From: a virus
Lineage: Duplodnaviria > Heunggongvirae > Uroviricota > Caudoviricetes
DNA length: 64,000 bases
Virus record (IMG/VR): IMGVR_UViG_3300008107_000202
Direction: 5' to 3' (one strand)
In this document: positions 15,795 to 25,666 of the stretch, piece by piece
Layout of the letters: each line of letters opens with the position of its first letter
How positions within the stretch are numbered: position 1 is the stretch's first letter
Notes under the pieces: generated by a model
What the model was told of the DNA's origin: nothing
Seen by the model: only the letters and a program-made list of their open reading frames with translations
Databases searched by the model: none
Position numbers and translations under genes: made by a program

Positions 15795-17950
15795 CACTTA
15801 AATACTGGATTTGGGATATTGAAACGTACCCTAACTGTTTCACCATCAGCATCATTCGTCAAGACGGTAAGCACCTTCGTTCTTTCGAGTGCAGTCGTCG
15901 GAAGAATGATTTCGCCAAAATTCGCACCTGTGTGGAATATCTCGAAGAAAACGATGCAGTCATGGTCGGTTTCAACAACCTGGGATTCGACTATCCTGTC
16001 CTGCATGGTCTACTGCTGCATCCTGGCGTTGACCAAATGTCAGGTCTTGGTGTAGCAAAGCTGGCGTATAAGCTAGCTCAGGCACAGATTGATTCAACCA
16101 AGCAAGGTTTCCCTAAGACCGTTCCTGTGTACGACTGGATTGTTCCCCAGGTAGATTTGTATAAGATTTGGCACTTCGACAACAAGGCCAAGGCTACAGG
16201 TCTGAAGATGCTTGAGTTTAACATGCGCTCAGACAATATTGAAGACCTTCCGTATGCTGTCGGCACCGAACTGGAAGACCATGAGATTGATGTGTTGATT
16301 CATTACAACCAGCACGATATCAAGGAAACTCTGAAGTTCTTCGGTCATAGTCTTACTCAAATTCACTTCCGTGAAGAACTGACTGCTAAGTATGGTCGCA
16401 ATTTCATGAACCATAACGACACGAAGATCGGTAAAGACTACTTCATCATGGAGCTAGAGAAGCAAGGTGTGAAGTGCTATATCAAGCAAAACGGTAAGAC
16501 TGCGCCTGTACAAACTCGTCGTCCTTACATCAATATCGCAGACTGCTTGTTTGATTACTATGACTTCAAGCGTCCTGAGTTCATTGCAATTCTGGAATGG
16601 TTCAAGCACCAACGCATTCGTGAAACCAAAGGTGTGTTTGCTGATATTGCAGAGCATCGTCTTGGTGAAGTTGCGAAGTATGCGAAGATGCGTACCAAAC
16701 GTCAACGTTATCCAATGAAGCCTAGTGAGATTGTAGAAAACCTGTTCAAGAATGAGTATCCCTGCGGATGGATTGACGAAGTAGAACTGAAGCAGAAACT
16801 CAAGGGTGAGTTCAAGAAGAGTTACTGGAAGTGCTGGAACGTGGCAGACAACCTGAACGTGGTAGTTGATGGTTTTCAATTCGACTTTGGTACAGGTGGT
16901 ATTCACGGTAGCCTAGAGTTCACGCTGGTGGAAGCTGACAGTGAATACGAGATTGTAGATGCTGACGTTAGCTCAATGTATCCTAATCTGGCTATCTCCA
17001 ATGACGTTTACCCTGAACACCTTGGTATTGAATTCTGTACGATTTACAAAGCAGTGTATGAAATGCGTAAGTCCTACAAGAAAGGTACACCTGAGAACCT
17101 GATGCTCAAGCTGGCTCTGAACGGTGTTTACGGTGACTCGAATAACCAGTACAGTCCGTTCTATGATCCTAAGTACACGATGACGATTACGATTAACGGA
17201 CAGCTCACACTCTGTCTACTTGCTGAAAAGCTGATGACAATCGAAGGTCTGCAACTGATCCAAGTCAACACTGACGGTGTTACTGTGAAGATTCCTCGTG
17301 CCAAGCGTGCTGAGTACAACGCAGTATGTGAAGCATGGCAAAAGCAAGTTAAGCTTGAGCTTGAGTATGCGGAGTATTCGAAGATGTTCATTAGAGATTG
17401 CAATAACTATATCGCGGTGTACACTAACGGTAAGGTCAAGCGTAAAGGTGTGTATCAGTACGAAGACCTGGGTTGGCACCAAAACCAGGGCGGTCTGGTT
17501 ATCGCCAAGGCTGCTGAAGCTGCAATGGTTCATGGTACAGATATCGAAGAGTTCATCAAGGCGCATACTGACAAGTATGACTTCCTGATGCGTACAAAGG
17601 TGCCTCGTAGCTCAAGTCTATATCTTGAGAAAGATGAACTGGATGCTGAAGACAAACCTGTCAGAGTAAAGCAACAGAATATCTGTCGATACTACGTGTC
17701 AAAGTCTCCTGACAGTGGTAAGCTGATCAAGGTCATGCCTCCACTACCGAAGAAACCCGATGACGTTCGTGAAATCGGCATCGAGTCAGCTTGGAAGGTG
17801 AAGACTTGCAACAACATGCTTGACTTCGACGGACAGATCGACTATGCTTACTACGTTCATGAAGCAAGAAAGCTTCTGGTACCACCTGTGTTTACTCGTG
17901 AAGAACTTGCCAAGATGGCAGAAGGGAAAGACGATGAGTTTGAAGAATGA
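15791..17950 (+). CDS. DNA polymerase, family B (3'-5' exonuclease plus polymerase)
   Basis: Exo I WDIETYP; motif A DADVSSMYPNLAI; motif B KLALNGVYGDS; motif C QVNTDGVTV. Confidence 0.85.
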   Translation: MTLKYWIWDIETYPNCFTISIIRQDGKHLRSFECSRRKNDFAKIRTCVEYLEENDAVMVGFNNLGFDYPVLHGLLLHPGVDQMSGLGVAKLAYKLAQAQIDSTKQGFPKTVPVYDWIVPQVDLYKIWHFDNKAKATGLKMLEFNMRSDNIEDLPYAVGTELEDHEIDVLIHYNQHDIKETLKFFGHSLTQIHFREELTAKYGRNFMNHNDTKIGKDYFIMELEKQGVKCYIKQNGKTAPVQTRRPYINIADCLFDYYDFKRPEFIAILEWFKHQRIRETKGVFADIAEHRLGEVAKYAKMRTKRQRYPMKPSEIVENLFKNEYPCGWIDEVELKQKLKGEFKKSYWKCWNVADNLNVVVDGFQFDFGTGGIHGSLEFTLVEADSEYEIVDADVSSMYPNLAISNDVYPEHLGIEFCTIYKAVYEMRKSYKKGTPENLMLKLALNGVYGDSNNQYSPFYDPKYTMTITINGQLTLCLLAEKLMTIEGLQLIQVNTDGVTVKIPRAKRAEYNAVCEAWQKQVKLELEYAEYSKMFIRDCNNYIAVYTNGKVKRKGVYQYEDLGWHQNQGGLVIAKAAEAAMVHGTDIEEFIKAHTDKYDFLMRTKVPRSSSLYLEKDELDAEDKPVRVKQQNICRYYVSKSPDSGKLIKVMPPLPKKPDDVREIGIESAWKVKTCNNMLDFDGQIDYAYYVHEARKLLVPPVFTREELAKMAEGKDDEFEE

Positions 17951-18119
17951 AGGTCCAATCTGTAGTGCAGACGGTTGTTCTCGTCGTGAACCGTGTGGTT
18001 TTGCCTGTCGTGATGAAGGCAACTTTGATGTTCCAATTTGGAAACAGCGAGTAGACCAACTGATTGAAGAAGTGCTAGACTTTGAACCTGTTGTATTCAA
18101 AGAAAAAGGTAAAAAGTGA
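17934..18119 (+). CDS. small Cys-rich protein overlapping the polymerase 3' end
   Basis: ATG 17934 in-frame within the ORF 17820..18119. Confidence 0.3.
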   Translation: MSLKNEGPICSADGCSRREPCGFACRDEGNFDVPIWKQRVDQLIEEVLDFEPVVFKEKGKK

Positions 18120-18346
18120 ACATTCGATACAAATGGTTTTACAAAAATCATCGTGGTGAACTTGAAGAAGTTACAGGTCAACGAGTACCGTTTTCTGAAA
18201 TTGAAAACATTAATGTTTCGTATTCCATAGATGGTCTTGGGTTCAAGACAGTTGGAATGGCACTAGATGCCATGCAAAAGTTTATTGACAACGGTAACTG
18301 GAGTGGGAACACTCCTGCCATGTTAATTCTAGTTCACGGGAGGTAA
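18116..18346 (+). CDS. hypothetical protein
   Basis: ORF only. Confidence 0.35.
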   Translation: MNIRYKWFYKNHRGELEEVTGQRVPFSEIENINVSYSIDGLGFKTVGMALDAMQKFIDNGNWSGNTPAMLILVHGR

Positions 18347-18349
18347 CAA

Positions 18350-19174
18350 ATGACTATTACAACTAAACCTTATGGTTTCAAGCACTGGAAGTTCCCAGGT
18401 GGTGAAATCGGTGTAAAGCTTGATCCTGAGTGGTTGACGCATCCTCACGATGTTCCACTTGCAGCTACCATTGAACATCGTGGTCTGGTTGATCATGAAG
18501 AGCTTTTCATTATCATGAATCTGTGTGATGCAATCGCTCGTGCTACTGCAAATCGAAAGAATCGTGAACCTGTATATCTGGACATGCCTTACCTTCCTTA
18601 TTCTCGTCAAGACCGAATGTGTCATCCGGGTGAATCTTTTGCACTTGCTGTTTTCTTGCGTGCAATTCCATCCTACGTTCGGTTGATTACAACGGATGTT
18701 CATAGTGACGTTTATGCAAATATCAATAGCTCTGAAAAACCTTACATCCAAAACATTGGTCAAAACACTGTTGCATTTGAAACGGTGAAGAAGCACTTCA
18801 AGGCAGACTGGCTCGTCGGACCCGATGAAGGTTCTACCAGAAAGATCAACGTACTTTCGCGTGAAACCTTTGTACCGTATGTCACGCTGACTAAGACTCG
18901 TAAAGAGGGTAAGGTTCACCATGAAGACTTGACACCTGATACTCTTTCAGGTAAAGTCCTGATTGTGGACGATATTGGAGACGGTATGGCGACTTTTATT
19001 AGTGCAGCACAGATGCTGAAAGCTACACAGCCTCGTATCACTAAACTTGGAGTGATGGTCACACATGGTATCTTTTCAAAAGGATTGGACATTCTAAACG
19101 GTATGTTCGATGTTGTTTACACCTATAATCTGATGAATCCAGATGTTGCAGACCATCCTCTTCTGGCAAAATAG
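18350..19174 (+). CDS. ribose-phosphate pyrophosphokinase (Prs)-like
   Basis: YLPYSRQDR (Prs PYxxYARQDR motif) and PRPP-binding VLIVDDIGDGMAT. Confidence 0.6.
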   Translation: MTITTKPYGFKHWKFPGGEIGVKLDPEWLTHPHDVPLAATIEHRGLVDHEELFIIMNLCDAIARATANRKNREPVYLDMPYLPYSRQDRMCHPGESFALAVFLRAIPSYVRLITTDVHSDVYANINSSEKPYIQNIGQNTVAFETVKKHFKADWLVGPDEGSTRKINVLSRETFVPYVTLTKTRKEGKVHHEDLTPDTLSGKVLIVDDIGDGMATFISAAQMLKATQPRITKLGVMVTHGIFSKGLDILNGMFDVVYTYNLMNPDVADHPLLAK

Positions 19175-19724
19175 CACTGTCCCAGGATATGAAGTTTCTT
19201 CTTGCGGTAAGATTCGTTCTGTAAATAGACTAGTAAGCAAAACAAACGGTAATATTGCTCTTCTAACCGGAAAAGAGCTTAAAACGCAAATAGACAGAAA
19301 TGGTTATGTGCGAGCAAGATTGTCTCATTCTAACAAAAAAATCACGATCAGAATGCATCGTGAAGTAGCTATTGTGTTCATACCTAATCCAGAAAACAAA
19401 CCTCAAGTTAACCATAAAGACGGTAACAAACAAAACAACAGTGTCAGTAATCTTGAGTGGTGTGACAACTCTCAAAATCAAATTCATGCAATAGAATCAG
19501 GACTAAAAACAATTTCGTATGCAGAAAAAGCACCTAGAACCAAATTCAAAGTGCTTGTATTTGATAAGTCTGGAAACCACAAGCTCACATTGTGTGGCAA
19601 TAAAGAAATGAAACTGCATGGGTTCGACTTCAGACTTGTCAATGCTTGTCTGCAAGGTAAACGAAAATATCACAAGGAACATTACTTCAAGTCTCAACCA
19701 CTTGACAACACTCAACCTCAGTGA
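19143..19724 (+). CDS. HNH homing endonuclease (NUMOD4 plus HNH_3)
   Basis: GYEVSSCGKIRS; VNHKDGNKQNNSVSNLEWCDNSQN. Confidence 0.8.
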   Translation: MLQTILFWQNSTVPGYEVSSCGKIRSVNRLVSKTNGNIALLTGKELKTQIDRNGYVRARLSHSNKKITIRMHREVAIVFIPNPENKPQVNHKDGNKQNNSVSNLEWCDNSQNQIHAIESGLKTISYAEKAPRTKFKVLVFDKSGNHKLTLCGNKEMKLHGFDFRLVNACLQGKRKYHKEHYFKSQPLDNTQPQ

Positions 19725-19760
19725 TACAGTTCTGCATCGCAATAACGAAAGGAAAAGTAA

Positions 19761-21284
19761 ATGTTTCAACCTAACCCAATTCTCGCTGCTGACTTCTACA
19801 AAATCGGTCACGTTTTCCAGTATCCGCTTGGTACCAGCGAAATCTATTCCAACCTGACTGCTCGTTCGAACAAGCGTGCTCCGCTTGCAAACGGTCGATA
19901 CATTGACAAGGTTGTATTTGTTGGTTTGCAAGTATTCCTGATGCAATTCCTGCAAGAGCAATTCCAAAAGCTTTTCTTTGATAAGCCAAAGGCTGATGTT
20001 GTTGCTGAGTTCAATCGTCGTAATGATGGTGCTCTCGGTCCTGGCTCGGTTGATAGCTCGCACATTGCTGCGCTGCACGACCTGGGTTACCTGCCTCTGG
20101 AAATCAAGGCACTTCCTGAAGGCTCGCTCGTTCCGATGGGTGTCCCGATGTTGACTGTTCACAATACTCTGCCTGAGTTCTACTGGCTGACGAACTTCAT
20201 CGAAACTGCTCTCAGTGCTGAAATCTGGAAGATTATTACTTGCGCAACTGTCGCGTTCGAATACCGTAAACTGCTTGAGCGTTGGGCTAAGCGAACTGGT
20301 TCTCCGAAGGATTTCGTTCTGTGGCAAGGTCACGACTTCTCGATGCGTGGTATGTCGGGTATCTCCGATGCTGCTCAATCTGGCATGGGCCACCTATTCA
20401 GCTTCCTTGGTACTGACACGATCCCTGCAATCGAAGCTATCGAAAAGTTCTACAACGGTCTTGCAACCTTCGTCGGTGGTTCGGTTCCTGCAACTGAACA
20501 CAGTGTGATGTGTGCTGGTGGCATGGAAGATGAGAAGGAAACCATTCGTCACCTGATTCAAGATGTTTATCCGAGTGGTGTTGTGTCGGTTGTTTCTGAC
20601 ACCTGGGACTTCTTCAAGGTTGTTACTGAAACTGCTACTGAACTCAAGGATGTTATCCTGAATCGTCAACCGAATGCACTTGGTCTTGCCAAGGTTGTGT
20701 TCCGTCCTGACAGTGGTAATCCTGCTGACATTCTCTGTGGTGATCCGAAGGCTCCTGCTGGTAGTCCTGAGTCGAAGGGTGCTGTGGAATGTCTGTGGGA
20801 AATCTTCAGTGGTACTGAGACTGAAACTGGTCACAAGCTTCTGAATCAACGTGTGGGTCTGATCTACGGTGATAGCATCACGCTCGAACGTGCTGAAGAA
20901 ATCATGCAGCGTTTGCACCTGAAGGGATTCGCTTCCGCTAACGTGGTGTTCGGTATCGGTAGCTTCACGTATCAGTACCTGACTCGTGACACTTTCGGCA
21001 TGGCAATGAAGGCTACTTCTGCTGTGGTGAATGGTCAACGTCGCGCACTGTTCAAAGACCCCAAGACTGACGATGGTCTGAAGCGTAGTGCTCGCGGTCT
21101 GCTGAAGGTTCAAGAGCTTGACAACGGTAACTTTGTCCTGCACAATGACTGCACGGTTGAACAAGAACAGACTGGTGCTTTGCAGACGGTGTTCCTCAAC
21201 GGTCGAATCACCAAGATGTTTACCATCGATGAGATTCGAGCTAAGGTCAACACTGCTGTTGACAAGTATCTGCTGACGGTATAA
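19761..21284 (+). CDS. nadV: nicotinamide phosphoribosyltransferase (NAMPT/NadV)
   Basis: The N-terminus ILAADFYKIGHVFQYP and overall length are typical of NAMPT. Confidence 0.85.
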   Translation: MFQPNPILAADFYKIGHVFQYPLGTSEIYSNLTARSNKRAPLANGRYIDKVVFVGLQVFLMQFLQEQFQKLFFDKPKADVVAEFNRRNDGALGPGSVDSSHIAALHDLGYLPLEIKALPEGSLVPMGVPMLTVHNTLPEFYWLTNFIETALSAEIWKIITCATVAFEYRKLLERWAKRTGSPKDFVLWQGHDFSMRGMSGISDAAQSGMGHLFSFLGTDTIPAIEAIEKFYNGLATFVGGSVPATEHSVMCAGGMEDEKETIRHLIQDVYPSGVVSVVSDTWDFFKVVTETATELKDVILNRQPNALGLAKVVFRPDSGNPADILCGDPKAPAGSPESKGAVECLWEIFSGTETETGHKLLNQRVGLIYGDSITLERAEEIMQRLHLKGFASANVVFGIGSFTYQYLTRDTFGMAMKATSAVVNGQRRALFKDPKTDDGLKRSARGLLKVQELDNGNFVLHNDCTVEQEQTGALQTVFLNGRITKMFTIDEIRAKVNTAVDKYLLTV

Positions 21285-21408
21285 ACTAGTTTTGTGATGT
21301 GTGAGAGTGCAGGTGCAGTCAAGACTCCCGCTTAACCGGAGACATTGACAAGTAACGTGAGTTACGGAGCAGAGTCCACACATCACTTCTTAACATAAAG
21401 GAAATCAT

Positions 21409-21801
21409 ATGAGTAAGTTTGAGCAAAACTTTAAAGCTAAATATGGTGATACAGGTGAAGCATTTGTCCAAAAGTGGGTTAATGGGCTTGAAAGTGGCAA
21501 GATTAAGCGAATCGGTGGAGCACTAAATAACGGTAACGGTATGTGCTGCCTTGGTCTTGCATGTGATATCCTTGCTGAAGATGGATTGGTGTCAAAGAAA
21601 GTTTTGGCATCTGGTACCGTTCACTACAGCAATGAGCATGAAATGCCTACCGATACTGTGCAAAAAGTAATCGACAGTCTTCTTAATAGACACACTGATT
21701 GCACACACCTTGCGTCTAGAAATGATGAAGGTCGTACTTTCAAGAAAACCGCAGCAGTCATTCGTACTGCAATGAAAAAGCAAGGTATTATCCTCAAATG
21801 A
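21409..21801 (+). CDS. hypothetical protein
   Basis: ORF only. Confidence 0.4.
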   Translation: MSKFEQNFKAKYGDTGEAFVQKWVNGLESGKIKRIGGALNNGNGMCCLGLACDILAEDGLVSKKVLASGTVHYSNEHEMPTDTVQKVIDSLLNRHTDCTHLASRNDEGRTFKKTAAVIRTAMKKQGIILK

Positions 21802-22025
21802 GACGTATCTGCGAAGTCGCTGCTGAAATCATCAACGTATGGAAAAAGCCGTACTTTGGTGCAGTACCATACTTGCAAGCAATGTTGTGTCTAGTCGATA
21901 AAAACGACAAGTACGGACTTGACAGCGCAGAGTCAATCGTGCAATACTTTCTTGGTAATGCAAACACTTTCCGTGGCGAAGATGCTCGCCGTCTTAAACT
22001 CGAACTGAAGGAACTAATCAAATGA
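21798..22025 (+). CDS. hypothetical protein
   Basis: ORF only. Confidence 0.35.
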   Translation: MRRICEVAAEIINVWKKPYFGAVPYLQAMLCLVDKNDKYGLDSAESIVQYFLGNANTFRGEDARRLKLELKELIK

Positions 22026-22312
22026 AAAACCTGTCCGCTAACTTTACCGCTGGTCAACTCGTGGCACTCAGTGCCATGTTTGACACGTTTCCCGATAACG
22101 TTGAAGCTATTGCTCAGTTCTATCTGGCTAACATGGCAAAAGTGGTTGCATTAGCAATGAAGGATCGCATTGAATCCGGCGAACCTCTTTCTGATGAATG
22201 GATGGGTGTGTTGCTGTCCTCGATGCTTGCTGACTCCGCTAAGCAGAAGCCTGTTGCGATGAGTGAAGGTCAAGTCGAATTGCTGAAGACGATGGATATC
22301 GATAACCTGTAA
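22022..22312 (+). CDS. hypothetical protein
   Basis: ORF only. Confidence 0.35.
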   Translation: MKNLSANFTAGQLVALSAMFDTFPDNVEAIAQFYLANMAKVVALAMKDRIESGEPLSDEWMGVLLSSMLADSAKQKPVAMSEGQVELLKTMDIDNL

Positions 22313-22320
22313 GGGTAAAA

Positions 22321-22743
22321 ATGAACATCAAAGACATGATTGATAAACCGTTCATGCTTATCATCCGGGGTCTTCCCGGCTCCGGTAAGAGTACGTTTGC
22401 TGAACTGATTTCACACATGACAGTTGAACCCATTGTCATTGCCGAAGCTGATCAATACTTTGTCGAAAAGTTTGATGGTGTTTTTGAACCTCGACGTATT
22501 GCAGATGCTCATGCTTGGTGTCGTCAGAAAGTCCAACGTGCAATTGATGACAGGAATAATGTTATTGTGTCCAACACTTTCACCCGTGAGTGGGAATACG
22601 ATGAATACTTGACGATGGCATCAAGAGCAAACTACAATATCTTTGTCATTACGATGAACAACATCCACGGTAATAAGTCCACTCACGGTGTTCCTGAAGA
22701 AACTGTCACCAAGATGCGTGATAGGTTCGAACACAGTCTCTGA
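22321..22743 (+). CDS. small P-loop kinase (polynucleotide 5'-kinase-like; alternatively NR-kinase-like)
   Basis: Walker A IIRGLPGSGKSTFA; 140 aa. Confidence 0.5.
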   Translation: MNIKDMIDKPFMLIIRGLPGSGKSTFAELISHMTVEPIVIAEADQYFVEKFDGVFEPRRIADAHAWCRQKVQRAIDDRNNVIVSNTFTREWEYDEYLTMASRANYNIFVITMNNIHGNKSTHGVPEETVTKMRDRFEHSL

Positions 22744-22880
22744 TGAAAAAGTTCATCTTTACACTCCTGATCGGTGTCTTTGGGGCATTGACAGGAGTTC
22801 TTTTCACTGTATCATACCTCGATCCTGGCATTCGATTAATGATCGGTTTCTTCTTAGCTAACCTCGGAGTCTACTACTAA
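22743..22880 (+). CDS. small membrane protein (45 aa)
   Basis: ATGA overlaps on both sides; hydrophobic. Confidence 0.3.
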   Translation: MKKFIFTLLIGVFGALTGVLFTVSYLDPGIRLMIGFFLANLGVYY

Positions 22881-23731
22881 TGAACTACCCGTCCCTCAAG
22901 CAGATGCAGCAACTCGTCGCAGATAAGCTTGCTATTCAGAAGCTTTATGGTGACGATCTGGTAATGTTTAAGTATTCACGCAAGGCTATGTTCGACTACA
23001 TGTGGTTCAAGCGACCTGAACTCATGGAGTGTCGTGGTCATGTGTACCGTCTTTCGACTGGTGAGCGTGTGGTACATGCTCCCCGTAAGTCGTTCAATTA
23101 TCTTGAGAATGATTGGTGGAAAGATGTTCCATTGAACACCGAAGTCCGTATCGACAAAAAGTTTAATGGTTATATGGCATGTGTAACCTTGGTGGATGGT
23201 GACTGGTTGATTACGACTACTGGTAGTTTCGATAGTGAATACGTCAAGCATGCGCAGAATATGCTGACTGGTCATCCTGCTCTTGAAAACGAAGACAACA
23301 TTGATTGCACACTGGTATTTGAAATCTGCGACAGTAAGTTTGATCCACACATTGTTGAGGAACAAGATGGTGCTCACTATCTTGGTTCTCGCATTTCTAA
23401 CGGAAATTGGCTTGCTTATTCGACTTCCAATACTGTGATTGGAATTACCCTCGGTGAAGCAATTCAACTTGCTGAGCGTGATCACGGTGAAGGTTTCATG
23501 GTCTATCAGCTACAGGGTGATCCTCTGTACAATCGTCCATGTAAGCTGAAGAGTCCGTATTACATTGGTAAGAAAATGCTGATGCGTGCTACTCCGTATT
23601 TTAAGATTGATCGACTACCAAAAATGTGGAAAAATGCACCATATTTGATTCAAGATCATTATCTGTGGTCAGATTGGTGTGAACTACCCGAACAAGAACG
23701 TCGTCTATTTTTGGAGAATCACTATGGATAA
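22880..23731 (+). CDS. Rnl2-like RNA ligase (nucleotidyltransferase)
   Basis: Motif I DKKFNGYMA (KxNG), motif IV EGFMVYQ, motif V CKLKS; the N-terminus resembles T4 Rnl2. Confidence 0.5.
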   Translation: MNYPSLKQMQQLVADKLAIQKLYGDDLVMFKYSRKAMFDYMWFKRPELMECRGHVYRLSTGERVVHAPRKSFNYLENDWWKDVPLNTEVRIDKKFNGYMACVTLVDGDWLITTTGSFDSEYVKHAQNMLTGHPALENEDNIDCTLVFEICDSKFDPHIVEEQDGAHYLGSRISNGNWLAYSTSNTVIGITLGEAIQLAERDHGEGFMVYQLQGDPLYNRPCKLKSPYYIGKKMLMRATPYFKIDRLPKMWKNAPYLIQDHYLWSDWCELPEQERRLFLENHYG

Positions 23732-24308
23732 ATACACCGTGATCGTAAGCGTAATGCGTCAGCTAATTGTTAAGCATTTTCATAATGCTCCATGCCGACC
23801 TGTAGGTAGCAGCTACATCATGCAATGTGTAAACAATGATGTAGACATGATCGTTGCCTATCCTGACTTTGGACTGAAGGATGAATTCGAGGTTACTCAA
23901 GACCTTGGGTGGGAATTCAACGGTTCGAAGATGGATGACGGTACAGAGTTTGTGTCGTTCAAAACTGACATTGATGGTGTTGTGGGCAACTTCGTCTTCG
24001 TCATCAGTCGAACCGAGTATGATATGTTTGGTCACGCTGCTGACGTATGCCGACTTCTGCACGAGTCAGGTGTGACGCTTGACAAGCCTCTGCGTTGTGA
24101 TGTACACTCGATGCTGCGTCAGATGATGACATGGGAAGAATTTCAAACATACAAACATTTAAAAAGGAATGCACATGAAATGGTTCACAAGCGACCTGCA
24201 CTTCTCGCATCGAAATATTGTACGATTCACGAATCGGGGACGGGATACTTCGCAAGATTCTCACGATATGTGGTTGGTAAACTTACTCAACTCTTTCGTT
24301 CGACCTGA
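23724..24308 (+). CDS. hypothetical protein; 3' end overlaps the next gene by ~140 nt
   Basis: ORF; the overlap is read directly. Confidence 0.3.
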   Translation: MDKYTVIVSVMRQLIVKHFHNAPCRPVGSSYIMQCVNNDVDMIVAYPDFGLKDEFEVTQDLGWEFNGSKMDDGTEFVSFKTDIDGVVGNFVFVISRTEYDMFGHAADVCRLLHESGVTLDKPLRCDVHSMLRQMMTWEEFQTYKHLKRNAHEMVHKRPALLASKYCTIHESGTGYFARFSRYVVGKLTQLFRST

Positions 24309-24771
24309 AGACACTCTGTATCACCTGGGTGACTTCTCGTTTGCGCGAGACAAGCGAGACACCCGAGCTATTGTAGATGATCTGCACTGCAACGACATTC
24401 GATTGTTCAAGGGTAACCACGACCGATTCGAAGATCTGTTGTGGCTCAAGCAAGAATGCAGTAATGTAACTCGTGTCAAAGACTACGAAGAAATTCGGAT
24501 TGGTGATAAGAGCGTAGTTCTATTTCACTTTCCAATCGCATCATGGCATAAACAAGGTCATGGTAGCTGGCACCTTCATGGTCATTGTCACGGTAACCTC
24601 AAGCCTGAGTTCTCTCAAGGTAAAGTGCTAGACGTTGGTTTGGATAATGCTTTCAATCTGTACGGTGTACATCGACCGTTTGCAGAGGAAGACATTGTTC
24701 GATACATGGAAAACCGAGACGTTCGAATCAATGATCATCATAAGGATTACACTAATGCAAATCACAGCTAA
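24169..24771 (+). CDS. calcineurin-like metallophosphoesterase
   Basis: SDLHFSH, HLGDF, GNHD and HGHxH motifs. Confidence 0.75.
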   Translation: MHMKWFTSDLHFSHRNIVRFTNRGRDTSQDSHDMWLVNLLNSFVRPEDTLYHLGDFSFARDKRDTRAIVDDLHCNDIRLFKGNHDRFEDLLWLKQECSNVTRVKDYEEIRIGDKSVVLFHFPIASWHKQGHGSWHLHGHCHGNLKPEFSQGKVLDVGLDNAFNLYGVHRPFAEEDIVRYMENRDVRINDHHKDYTNANHS

Positions 24772-25666
24772 AGTTCTACTCAAAACCAAGAACGTTTTCA
24801 CAGGAGACGTTGCAACCACCTTCGAACTAGAGTATCCTCGGTTCATCCATAGCGAGTTCATGACTCACCGGATGTTCAGTCGCAATGCTGCTAGTTCGAG
24901 GGCTATTCCTGTTGCTAAGACAATCGAAATGGTTCGCTCTGATCCTGCGATGCCGGTGCATTGGGGTAAGAATCAACCTGGGATGCAGGCTAATGAAGAG
25001 CTACAAGGAAATGAACTTGCAATGGTTAAGGGTGATTGGATTAATTCAGCAGAACAGGCTTCTATTGTTGCTGAACGCATGTCGCATTACCAAGCACACA
25101 AACAAATCGTTAACAGAATCCTAGAGCCCTACGTGTGGATGAAGGTTGTCGTTACCGCTACCGAGTGGAATAACTTCTGGTGGTTGCGTGATCACAAGGA
25201 TGCTCAACCTGAAATCCGACAGCTTGCTAAGGTTATGCACAAAGCGTACAATCAAGCTAAAGCTATGAATCTGTACGATGGTGAATGGCACCTGCCTTAC
25301 CTCGATCTTGTTCGTGGTACAGGTATGAATCTGAAACTGCATTACTGCATCGGTAATGAAGAACTTAGCACTGAAGATGCTAAGAAAGTTTCTGCTAGTC
25401 TATGTGCCCAAGTATCTTACCGTAAGCTAGACTTCAGCGTAGAAAAAGCTAAAGTAATCTTTGATCGACTAATCGAGTCTGAGCCTGTACATGCTAGCCC
25501 TGTAGAGCACCAATTGCTTGTACGAAATCCTAAAGAATATCCAATCCCTTCTGCTAGGACGCAAGGATGGACGCACATGGACTTCGACGGTAACTACTGG
25601 TCAGGTAATATCAAAGGGTATATTCAGTATCGTCAACTGATTCCTAATCACGTAAAGCGAGGCTAA
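24755..25666 (+). CDS. thyX: flavin-dependent thymidylate synthase ThyX
   Basis: ThyX signature HRMFSRNAASSR; start ATG 24755 chosen, overlapping the previous stop. Confidence 0.8.
   Translation: MQITAKVLLKTKNVFTGDVATTFELEYPRFIHSEFMTHRMFSRNAASSRAIPVAKTIEMVRSDPAMPVHWGKNQPGMQANEELQGNELAMVKGDWINSAEQASIVAERMSHYQAHKQIVNRILEPYVWMKVVVTATEWNNFWWLRDHKDAQPEIRQLAKVMHKAYNQAKAMNLYDGEWHLPYLDLVRGTGMNLKLHYCIGNEELSTEDAKKVSASLCAQVSYRKLDFSVEKAKVIFDRLIESEPVHASPVEHQLLVRNPKEYPIPSARTQGWTHMDFDGNYWSGNIKGYIQYRQLIPNHVKRG

Noticed and set aside
19503-21386. Long minus-strand ORFs (296 and 330 aa) opposite NadV
   Set aside because: NAMPT homology on the plus strand is unambiguous; the antisense ORFs are low-complexity.
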